Below, piece by piece: positions 36,932-45,212 of a stretch of DNA of 64,000 nucleotides (positions within the stretch are counted from its first letter, which is position 1; each line of letters begins with the position of its first letter). Under the pieces are notes generated by a model. It searched no databases and was not told where the DNA came from. It was given only the letters and a program-made list of their open reading frames with translations. The stretch spans positions 192,001 to 256,000 of the forward strand of contig JAWABJ010000001.1 of the NCBI GenBank assembly GCA_038884755.1. The letters run 5' to 3'. The position numbers and the translations under genes are program-made. Source of the stretch: Candidatus Norongarragalinales archaeon. Lineage in GTDB: Archaea > Micrarchaeota > Micrarchaeia > Norongarragalinales > Norongarragalinaceae.

Positions 36932-39900
36932 GTGTTCGTCAGCAAAATTCAGCTTCAAAACTTCAAGAGCTTCAAGAAAGGCGAGGTTACTCTCCAGCAG
37001 GGTTTCAACGCCATCGTGGGGCCCAACGGCTCCGGCAAAACCAACATTGTTGATTCGCTATTGTTTTCTTTCGGCGAGGGCAAGCTCAAGGCAATGCGAG
37101 TGAAGAAAATACGCGACTTGATTTTCGAAAACGCGGGAGTAGCCGAATCCACGGTAATCCTTTCCGACGGGTCCAAAGAACGGGTGATTAAACGGGCGTT
37201 GCGCAAGGACGGCAAGATAAAATATTCGCTGGACGGAAAGCGCGTGAAGAAATACGTTTTGGAAGAGTTTCTCGCTCAAAACCAGATTGCTTTGCACAAC
37301 GTCATCAAGCAGGGCGAAGTCCAGCGCATAGTTGAAATGAATTCTAAAGACCGCAGGGGAATGATCGACTTCATCGCGGGCGTGTCGGAATACGAGGAAA
37401 AGAAGAAAGAGGCGTTGGGCGAGCTGGAGAAAGTGCTGTCAAAGGTTTCCGAAGAGAAAGCGATAATTGCGGAGAAGGAAGGGTATCTCAGTGAATTGGC
37501 CGAGGACAAGAAGAACGCCGAGAAGTTCGTAGCTTTGGACTCGACGCTCAAGCGCGCGCGGGCGACGGTATTGCACTTGGAACTGGGCGGGCTGGAGAGA
37601 GAGTTCGAAAGCCTCATAAATTCGGTTTTGGAGCTGGACAACAAAATCCGCGCCTTGTCCGACGAAGTGAAGGGCTTGGAGGACAGGATTGCGGAAACCA
37701 ACCGCAAGAAGGACGAGATAAACAAGAAGATAATCGAGAAGAGCGAGGGCAGGGAAGGCGAAATACAGCGGCAGATAGACCTGCTGCAAAACGAAATCGA
37801 CAATTCCAAGAAAATCATCGACCAGGGCAAGGAGGAACTCAAGGGCAAGGACCGGGCGTTGCAAGAGGCTTCGCTTGAGAAAAGGAAGGCGGAAGACTCT
37901 CTCGCTTACGCCAAGAAAGAACTTTTGGAACTGGAGGCGGAATTGGCTTCCACGCAGAAAATCCTTTCGGAAAAACAGGCGGAGTACGACGCGCTGGTTT
38001 CCAAGAGCGAAGAGTTTTCCCAGCAGTTCCACAACGCGCGCGCCCAAATGGGCGCGTTGGAGCAAGAGCTTTTGCAGGTGAAGGACAGGCTGAACCAGCT
38101 TCAAAGCGAGGTTTCCACTTCCGAAGCCATACTGCGTTTGAAGCAGGACGAGCTCGAGAGGCTTCAAAGCGGCAGGGGCGAAGACCGTTCGGGCCAAAAA
38201 GAGGTTTTGGAAGAGCACGTGGGGAATTTGCAGAAGGAATTGTCCAAGCTCGACGCGCAATTGAAGGAGCTTGCTGTTGACGAGCAGAAGTTTCTTAATG
38301 CGTTAGAAAACCTCGACGGGGACATTCTCAAGTGCAAGGAACGCATTTCCGTAGCAGACGCCCGCCTGCGGGCGGCTGGAAGCAGCAAGGCTGTTGAAAT
38401 AGTGGAAAAACTGCGTTCGGAAATGAAGGGCGTTTACGGGACGGTGCAGCAGTTGATAGACTACGACCAGGCTTACGCCTTGCCCGTTTCAATCGCGTTG
38501 GGCAACAGGATGCATTACGCCGTCGTGGACAGCGTGAAAACCGCCGGAAAGGCGATTGACCTTTTGAAGAAAAACAATTGGGGGCGGGTTTCGTTCATCC
38601 CCTTGGACAAGATACGGCCTTCGCCGTTAAGCGCCGACGAGGCGAAGCTCAAGGGAGAGAAGGGGGCCGTCGATTTTCTCATCAACATCGTGAAGTACGA
38701 CGGCGAGTTCGAGAAGGCGGTGAAGTACGTTTGCGGCAACACGCTGGTAATGCAGGATTTCGATTGTGCGGAAAAGCTCGTGGGCAAAGCAAAGCTTGTT
38801 ACTCTCGACGGGGAGTTGATAGAGCAAAGCGGCTTGGTGACCGGCGGGAAGACGAAAGAGGAAATTAACCCGTTCGCAGAAGCGAAAGAGCTCAAGAAGT
38901 GGGAGGACCGGCTGGACATTGTGAAGGCGGAGAAAGAACAGTACGCGCAGAGGCTTTCGCAAGCGAGGGGAGAGCTGGGCGATTTGCGCAAGCGCAAGGC
39001 CGAGTTGGAAGTGGAGAAAACCAAGGCGGGATTGGAATTGCGCAACATTCTCGAGCTGGAGCGAGCTTGGGAGGAGAAGAACCAGAACGTTTTGCGCGCG
39101 ACCGCACAGTTGAAGCAGGAAATAAGCGGCTTGAAGCGTTCGATAGACGGCAAGTCGCAAGAGCGGAACGACTTGGTGCGAAGGATTTCAGACTTGAATT
39201 CGAAGTACTTGCAGGCGAAGGAAGCGGTTGATTCGGAGAAGGAAGCGCAGTTAGGAAACCTCGTGCGGGAAAAGGAAAAAAGGCTTTCCGACTTGAGGGT
39301 GCAGGTGGCAGACTTTTCCAGCCAGATTGCCGGCAAGAAAACCGCGGTTTCCTCGCTGGAAAAACAGTTCGAAGTGTTGGCCAAGCGCGAGCGGGAGTTG
39401 GAAAGCGAATCGCGCCTCTTGCGGGAGGAGATGGATTCCGCGGACGAGCGCATCAAGAATGCCAACGCAGAGTTGCGCGTTAAGGTTGAAGAGCAAAAGC
39501 GCATTTCTTCCGCCATTCGCGACTTGATTGAAGCAAGGGAGTTTCTGGAAAAGCAGAGCAGCGAATTCGGGGAAATGAAGGGCAAACTGCAGATGGAGCT
39601 GGAAGTGCGCGTGAAGCCCAAGCGGGAGGAAACGGGCTACAAGCGGGCGGGCGTCGAGGCGAGGCTTACCGACTTGAAGGCGCAATACTCGGCGTTCGAA
39701 GGTGTCGAGCTTTTGCAAGGGGAAAAACCTGATTTGCTCGTGAAAGTGAAAGAGCTGGAGGCTGAAATAACGGCTTTGGGCCCCATAAACATGCGTTCGA
39801 TAGACGCTTTCGAGGAGAAAACTCGCGAGTTCGCGCAGCACAAGGAGCGGCTGCAGCAGCTTGAAAACGAAAGGCAAGCAGTCCTCGTGCTGATTAACGA

Positions 39901-40384
39901 AATAGAAGTGCGGAAGAAGGGAACGTTCATGGCGTCGTTCGAGAGGGTGAACGAGAATTTCGGAAAGTTGTTCAAACACATTTTTTCCGGCGAAGGAGTG
40001 TTGATTTTGGAGAATCCGGACAATCCGTTCGACGGCGGGCTTACCATGCAGGTGAAGCTCGAAAACAAGGAAATCAAATACCTCGAACTGATGAGCGGAG
40101 GCGAGAAATCGCTTTTGGCGTTGCTGTTCATTTTCGCGATGCAGGGCGTGAGCGCTTCCAGCGTGTATATTCTCGACGAGGCTGACGCGGCTTTGGATGA
40201 AGAGAATTCGATGAAGCTTTCGCAGCTGCTCAAAGCGCTTTCGGACAAGACCCAGTTCATAGTCGTTACGCACAACGAAGCGGTTTATCGCAATGCCGAT
40301 TGTCTCGTGGGCGTAGCAATGGCCGGGCGCGAGGGGAGCAAGCTCGTGGAAGTGAAGCTTTCGCAGTACGCTGGCGCGCGCTGA
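36932..40384 (+). CDS. smc: Chromosome segregation protein SMC
   Basis: GPNGSGKTN, long coiled coils, hinge GRVSFIPLD...TLDGELIEQSG, MSGGEKS, ILDEADAALD; GTG start at 36932. Confidence 0.97.
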   Translation: MFVSKIQLQNFKSFKKGEVTLQQGFNAIVGPNGSGKTNIVDSLLFSFGEGKLKAMRVKKIRDLIFENAGVAESTVILSDGSKERVIKRALRKDGKIKYSLDGKRVKKYVLEEFLAQNQIALHNVIKQGEVQRIVEMNSKDRRGMIDFIAGVSEYEEKKKEALGELEKVLSKVSEEKAIIAEKEGYLSELAEDKKNAEKFVALDSTLKRARATVLHLELGGLEREFESLINSVLELDNKIRALSDEVKGLEDRIAETNRKKDEINKKIIEKSEGREGEIQRQIDLLQNEIDNSKKIIDQGKEELKGKDRALQEASLEKRKAEDSLAYAKKELLELEAELASTQKILSEKQAEYDALVSKSEEFSQQFHNARAQMGALEQELLQVKDRLNQLQSEVSTSEAILRLKQDELERLQSGRGEDRSGQKEVLEEHVGNLQKELSKLDAQLKELAVDEQKFLNALENLDGDILKCKERISVADARLRAAGSSKAVEIVEKLRSEMKGVYGTVQQLIDYDQAYALPVSIALGNRMHYAVVDSVKTAGKAIDLLKKNNWGRVSFIPLDKIRPSPLSADEAKLKGEKGAVDFLINIVKYDGEFEKAVKYVCGNTLVMQDFDCAEKLVGKAKLVTLDGELIEQSGLVTGGKTKEEINPFAEAKELKKWEDRLDIVKAEKEQYAQRLSQARGELGDLRKRKAELEVEKTKAGLELRNILELERAWEEKNQNVLRATAQLKQEISGLKRSIDGKSQERNDLVRRISDLNSKYLQAKEAVDSEKEAQLGNLVREKEKRLSDLRVQVADFSSQIAGKKTAVSSLEKQFEVLAKRERELESESRLLREEMDSADERIKNANAELRVKVEEQKRISSAIRDLIEAREFLEKQSSEFGEMKGKLQMELEVRVKPKREETGYKRAGVEARLTDLKAQYSAFEGVELLQGEKPDLLVKVKELEAEITALGPINMRSIDAFEEKTREFAQHKERLQQLENERQAVLVLINEIEVRKKGTFMASFERVNENFGKLFKHIFSGEGVLILENPDNPFDGGLTMQVKLENKEIKYLELMSGGEKSLLALLFIFAMQGVSASSVYILDEADAALDEENSMKLSQLLKALSDKTQFIVVTHNEAVYRNADCLVGVAMAGREGSKLVEVKLSQYAGAR

Positions 40385-40385
40385 T

Positions 40386-40889
40386 TCAGGCTATTTCCGA
40401 AAAAAGCTTTTCGAAACCCATTTTTTCCCACGCGCTGACGCTCACAACTTCCGACGGGAAGGACAACCTGGATTTTGAAAGCTCGCTTTTGTTCTCGACT
40501 GGAACGACTTTCTTTTCGAGCCTTTCTTCCAATGCCTTTGCCAGAGCCTGCGCGTCTTCGTGAGAGGCGCTGCCCGCTTCGAACACGAGCAAAACGCAGT
40601 CGCATTTTTCGAGGGGGATTTCTTTTGAGAAGAAAAACGAGTCGAACGGCGCGGTGTAGTCCAAAAGCACGAAATCCAAGCCTTCGGCTTTCGCGGTTTT
40701 GAAAACGTCTTGCTTTCGTTGCTTTTTGTTCCGCACGTCCCAAAAAGGCGCGTATTTCAGGGCTTTCGCGCTTTCGCCCATGTTTGCGACGCCCACGCGC
40801 AGCCCCTTCTTTTCTAAAAACTTGGAGAAAGAAAACGCGAGCGTGCTTTTTCCGCCTTGCGGCGGTCCGATTAACGCTATTGCCTTCAA
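40386..40889 (-). CDS. Shortened, degenerate GPN-loop-like P-loop GTPase
   Basis: GPPQGGKST, VGVANMGE..ALKYAP.WDVR, LLDYTA, NKSE, VSA; TTG start after AGGTGG. Confidence 0.6.
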   Translation of the reverse strand: MKAIALIGPPQGGKSTLAFSFSKFLEKKGLRVGVANMGESAKALKYAPFWDVRNKKQRKQDVFKTAKAEGLDFVLLDYTAPFDSFFFSKEIPLEKCDCVLLVFEAGSASHEDAQALAKALEERLEKKVVPVENKSELSKSRLSFPSEVVSVSAWEKMGFEKLFSEIA

Positions 40890-41101
40890 CGAAATCCACC
40901 TGCGATGCATGAATCATTGTTTTCGCGTCTTTAAAACAATACTTTTAAAAGCTTTTTTGCTCAAATGCTATTCGGCAATCCACTGTTCCAGCGCGGATAG
41001 CGTTCGCGATAATTTTGTTTTTTTTTTAAGGGGAAACAGGGGAAAAAAAGGGCGACTGCGTTTTTTTTTCTTTAAAACTTAATTTTAACGGTGGTTTTAC
41101 C

Positions 41102-41737
41102 ATGGAAATGAGCAAGCAACAGTGGGAAGAGCAAAAGCTCAAGGGAACTACGACTGTGGGCGTTACTTTTCGCGACGGCGTAGTCGTGGCGGCTGACAAG
41201 CGCGCTACTTACGGCACTTTCATCGCGGCTAAAGACGTGGACAAGATCCACGTTGTGGGCGACAACATTGCAATGACAATCGCAGGCGGCGTGGGCGACG
41301 CGCAGACGCTGGTCAGGGTCACTAAGGCGGAGTTGGAGCTTTACAAATACTCGAAAGGCGAAAACATGACCATCCAAGGGGCTGCAACGCTGCTCGCGAA
41401 CATACTCCAGGGAAACAAGTACTTTCCGTACTTGGTGCAGTTGATAGTCGCGGGCTATGATTCTTCGCCCAGGCTTTTCGACCTCGACCCGTTCGGCGGG
41501 TTGATTCCCGAAAAATATACGTCGACAGGCTCTGGAAGCGTTGTAGCGTACGGCTTGCTGGACGAGCATTTCAAGGAAGGGCTTTCCAAGGAAGACGCCA
41601 TTCGTCTTGCCGTGAAGGCCGTCGGTGCTGCGATGAAGCGCGACAACGCGACGGGTGAAGGCATTGACGTGGTTTGCATTACCAAAAACGAGGTTAGGCG
41701 TTACTCCAAGGAGGATGTAAAGCCGTTTTTGGCTTAA
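41102..41737 (+). CDS. psmB: Proteasome subunit beta
   Basis: Propeptide then G|TTTVG, AADKRAT, GSGS, RDNATG. Confidence 0.97.
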   Translation: MEMSKQQWEEQKLKGTTTVGVTFRDGVVVAADKRATYGTFIAAKDVDKIHVVGDNIAMTIAGGVGDAQTLVRVTKAELELYKYSKGENMTIQGAATLLANILQGNKYFPYLVQLIVAGYDSSPRLFDLDPFGGLIPEKYTSTGSGSVVAYGLLDEHFKEGLSKEDAIRLAVKAVGAAMKRDNATGEGIDVVCITKNEVRRYSKEDVKPFLA

Positions 41738-41867
41738 ACGGGCAGTTTTTGTTTTTTTTTCCTGCTGTGGAAAAACGTGGAAACCCAACTGCAGACAGGC
41801 ACAGCCTAGAGTGGTCTTTTTGCAAGTTTTTTGCGTTTTACGGGATTTGAAGGAGCTTTGAGCATAA

Positions 41868-43799
41868 ATGGAGAACGGAATCCACAAGGAAAACAATGGC
41901 GTGAAGGGAAACAACCTAAAGGAATTGCACGAGGCCGTTTCCTCCCTGTTGCCGCACGATTGCGAGCTTACGAAAATAGAGTTCGAAGGCCCCCAGCTTG
42001 TACTCTATTTAAAGAACATCCGCTCGTTCTACAACGACGACAATCTCATTACGAAAATAGCCGCGAAAATACGCAAGAAAATCCTGTTGCGGTGTGATTC
42101 GACGCAGTTGATTCCCGAAGAGCAGGCGCTTGAGCAGGTGAAAAAGCTAATTCCTGCAGACGCGGGAGTCAAGGAAGTGCGCTTCGACCCGCATTTCAAC
42201 GAAGTTTGGATAGAAGCGTTGAAGCCGGGCTTGGTGATAGGCAAGGAAGGAAGCGTTTTGAAAAGCATTCTGGTAAACACGGGCTGGAGCCCGCGCGTCT
42301 TGCGCGCCCCGACGAGCCCGAGCGAAATCGAGCGGGGCATCCGCAACGCGCTTCTTTCGAATTCGGAATACCGTAAAAAGTTTTTGGTTGGCTTGGGCAA
42401 GAAAATGATAGAGCCGCCCACTGCAACCGACTGGATTAAGATTACGGCTTTGGGCGCGTTCAGGGAAGTGGGGAGAAGCTGCATTCTTTTGCAAACTCCG
42501 AAAAGCAACATTCTGCTGGATTGCGGGATAAACCCCGACACTTTCGACCCCACGCGGGCGTATCCCTACTTGAATGCGATGAACTTGACTTTCGAGCAGC
42601 TCGACGCGGTGATACTTTCGCACGCGCACATGGACCACTGTGCTTTCATTCCCTACTTGTACGCTTACGGCTACGAAGGACCGGTATACTGCACTCCCCC
42701 GACTCGCGACTTGATGGTTTTGCTTCAGCAGGACGGCTTGAACGTCATGCAGTCCAACGGCTCGACGCCGCCTTACGGCGAGAAGGACATCAAGAAACAA
42801 TTGAACCACGTGATTACGCGCGATTACGGCGAGGTTACCGATGTTACGCCCGACGTGCGCTTCACTTTCTACAACGCCGGGCACATTCTCGGTTCTGCGC
42901 AAGTGCACTTGCACATAGGCGAAGGGCTTCACAACCTCGTTTATTCTGCAGATGTAAAGTTCGGGCGCACCAACTTGTTCGAGCCTGCCGACACGCGCTT
43001 TCCGCGTGCGGAAACCTTGATTTTGGAGAGCACTTACGGGGGGAGGGATAATTTGCTTCCCCGCGCTGAAGACAGCGAAGCGAGGCTCGTGCAGGTAATA
43101 CGCGAGACCATCGCGAAGCGCGGCAAGGTCTTGATTCCCGTTTTTGCGGTGGGAAGGGCGCAGGAAATAATGCTCGTGCTGGAAAGCCGCATGCAGCCGG
43201 ATGAGTGCGTGGTGTATCTTGACGGCATGAGCAAGGAAGCTAGCGCGATTCACACGGTATACCCTGAATATTTGAAGAAGAACGTGCAACGCCGCATTCT
43301 GCAGAACAATTCGCCTTTCGATTCGTCGATGTTCAAGCACGTGATTTCGAAAGAGCGCAAGGCGATAATCGAGAGCGACGAGCCTTGCGTGATTCTCGCG
43401 CCGAGCGGAATGCTTACGGGCGGTACATCGCTCGAGTTTTTGAGGCAGTTGGCGCACGACGAGCGCAACACGCTCATTTTCGTGGGATACCAAAGCGCCC
43501 TGTCGCTGGGACGGAAAATCCAGAACGGTATTAAAGAGCTTCCGGTTCCGAGCAGCGCGTCAGGAAAGACCGAGGTCGTGAAAATCAATTTGCGCGTGGA
43601 GACGGTTGAAGGTTTCAGTGGGCACAGCGACCGGTCGCAATTGCTAGCGTACGCGCGAAGCTTGCGCCCCAAGCCCTCTCGCATTTTCACCAACCACGGG
43701 GACGAGGCGCGAACGGAAGATTTGGCGCGCACGCTAAACAGGATGCTGCACGTGGAAACACGCGCGCCCATGGACTTGGATTCTATCCGGCTGCACTAA
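41868..43799 (+). CDS. fttA: Beta-CASP ribonuclease aCPSF1 (FttA)
   Basis: N-terminal KH domains, SHAHMDH, AGHILG, ESTYG, GFSGHSD; follows psmB. Confidence 0.96.
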   Translation: MENGIHKENNGVKGNNLKELHEAVSSLLPHDCELTKIEFEGPQLVLYLKNIRSFYNDDNLITKIAAKIRKKILLRCDSTQLIPEEQALEQVKKLIPADAGVKEVRFDPHFNEVWIEALKPGLVIGKEGSVLKSILVNTGWSPRVLRAPTSPSEIERGIRNALLSNSEYRKKFLVGLGKKMIEPPTATDWIKITALGAFREVGRSCILLQTPKSNILLDCGINPDTFDPTRAYPYLNAMNLTFEQLDAVILSHAHMDHCAFIPYLYAYGYEGPVYCTPPTRDLMVLLQQDGLNVMQSNGSTPPYGEKDIKKQLNHVITRDYGEVTDVTPDVRFTFYNAGHILGSAQVHLHIGEGLHNLVYSADVKFGRTNLFEPADTRFPRAETLILESTYGGRDNLLPRAEDSEARLVQVIRETIAKRGKVLIPVFAVGRAQEIMLVLESRMQPDECVVYLDGMSKEASAIHTVYPEYLKKNVQRRILQNNSPFDSSMFKHVISKERKAIIESDEPCVILAPSGMLTGGTSLEFLRQLAHDERNTLIFVGYQSALSLGRKIQNGIKELPVPSSASGKTEVVKINLRVETVEGFSGHSDRSQLLAYARSLRPKPSRIFTNHGDEARTEDLARTLNRMLHVETRAPMDLDSIRLH

Positions 43800-43827
43800 A
43801 TTTTTTTGGTGGGAGGGGAAAGCGTAA

Positions 43828-44361
43828 ATGCGCCTTTTGATTACCGGCGTTCCGGGTTGCGGAAAGACGGTTTTGGCCGGCAAGATTTCCAGACTCCTCA
43901 AAGCGAAGCTCGTTGATGTGAACGCCGTTGTCGTGGAAAACGGGATTTACTCGAAGGGAAGGCGCGGGGAGAAGCTCGTCGACTTGAAAAAACTTGGACG
44001 AATCCTGAAAACACTTTTGAAAAGGGAAAAAAACGTGGTAGTGGAGTCGCACTTGCTTTGCGAATTGAAGCTGGATTGCGACAAAATAGTGGTTTTGAGG
44101 TGCAACCCGCTGGTTTTGAAAAAACGCCTTGAAAAAAGAGGGTACCCTGGTTGGAAGGTGAAGGAAAACATTATTGCCGAAATGCTTGACTACTGCAGCA
44201 TCAAGGCAGAGGGCAATTACCCCGCAAGCAGGGTTTTGGAAGTTGATTTCACCAAGCCAGTTGACGCCCGCAAGGTTTTGGGAAAGGCAAAAAGCGACAA
44301 GGTGGATTGGATGCGTGAGTTCGCCAGGATTGGAACAGCGGTAAAAGGCTTTTTGAATTAG
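43828..44361 (+). CDS. Adenylate kinase family 6 (Fap7-like)
   Basis: GVPGCGKT, VESH, LRCNP..LKKRL.KRGY..KVKEN..AE. Confidence 0.9.
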   Translation: MRLLITGVPGCGKTVLAGKISRLLKAKLVDVNAVVVENGIYSKGRRGEKLVDLKKLGRILKTLLKREKNVVVESHLLCELKLDCDKIVVLRCNPLVLKKRLEKRGYPGWKVKENIIAEMLDYCSIKAEGNYPASRVLEVDFTKPVDARKVLGKAKSDKVDWMREFARIGTAVKGFLN

Positions 44362-44455
44362 GGCGGGCGTCGTTGAAAAAAGGTTTAAAAACGTTTGTTG
44401 GTTATTAATGCAGTTCGTTTTTTTCAACCCGAGTGCATTGAGGTGAACGGTTAAA

Positions 44456-44551
44456 ATGCAGTTTTTGAAAATGCAGGACGAAGATTGGGACGAAGAGGAA
44501 GAGTGGGATGAGGACGAGTGGGAGGAAGACGACGAAGACGAGCACGAGTAA
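44456..44551 (+). CDS. 31-aa hyper-acidic Trp-containing microprotein
   Basis: MQFLKMQDEDWDEEEEWDEDEWEEDDEDEHE; GAGGTGA RBS at 44440; TTTAAAA upstream; T-rich tract downstream. Confidence 0.65.
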   Translation: MQFLKMQDEDWDEEEEWDEDEWEEDDEDEHE

Positions 44552-44606
44552 GGCGCGCATTACGCTTTCAAGTTCTGCGGGGGTTTTCTTCCCGCGCTCT
44601 TTTTTT

Positions 44607-45203
44607 TCACCTTTTTGGGCTTGCAGAAACGAGCTGCAGGGTTATCGCGTCGGTGGGAATCGCTTTGCTCTTGTCGAAACCCAGTTTTTTGAAGAGTATT
44701 TCCAGGGTTTTTTCCTGCGCCTCTCGCGCTCGGTCGATTTTGGTTTCCGGAAGCGCGAATTCGATCATGCTCCCGAAATTCTTTACGTCCAAAACCTTGA
44801 TGCGCACTATGCCGAAGGTGAAGTTCCACTCTTGCGCTTCTCGCGCTAGGACTTCCCGGTATCCCAGTTTTTCCAGCTGTTCGGCCATGGAATAGCTGCT
44901 TTGAACCTCGAAGCCGAGCCTGTCCTCCTCCTGGAGCATGTACCCGTCGAACGAAAGGGTTTCTTTCTGCGTGAGCTTTTCAGTCCGCACGATGAAATAC
45001 GCGAATACCCCGTTTCCGTATTCCTTCGCGTGGATTATGTCGAAATACTCGCCGCCGTTGGCGAAAACGGCCTTGTTTTTCTTGAGCTCGTAAACAGTTT
45101 TTTCGGCGTCTTTGACCGGAAAAACCATGCGCACTTCAGGAAGCTTCCACTTTAGCTCGTGCATCTTCCGTTTTTTGGGAAACAGGAAATCGAAGAATCC
45201 CAT
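44607..45203 (-). CDS. CYTH-like (class IV adenylate cyclase fold) protein, degenerate
   Basis: LEKLGYREV...IKVLDVKNFGSMIEF resembles the CYTH C-terminal half; ExExK is replaced by EVRMV. Confidence 0.55.
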   Translation of the reverse strand: MGFFDFLFPKKRKMHELKWKLPEVRMVFPVKDAEKTVYELKKNKAVFANGGEYFDIIHAKEYGNGVFAYFIVRTEKLTQKETLSFDGYMLQEEDRLGFEVQSSYSMAEQLEKLGYREVLAREAQEWNFTFGIVRIKVLDVKNFGSMIEFALPETKIDRAREAQEKTLEILFKKLGFDKSKAIPTDAITLQLVSASPKR

Positions 45204-45212
45204 GCTTTTCGT

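Noticed and set aside
36932..40384. smc without an adjacent scpA
   Set aside because: scpA may be elsewhere in the genome; this cannot be judged from one window.
41025..41055. GGGGAAACAGGGG as an ORB-like origin box
   Set aside because: Single weak match, no cdc6/orc1 in the window; looks like an ordinary divergent promoter region.
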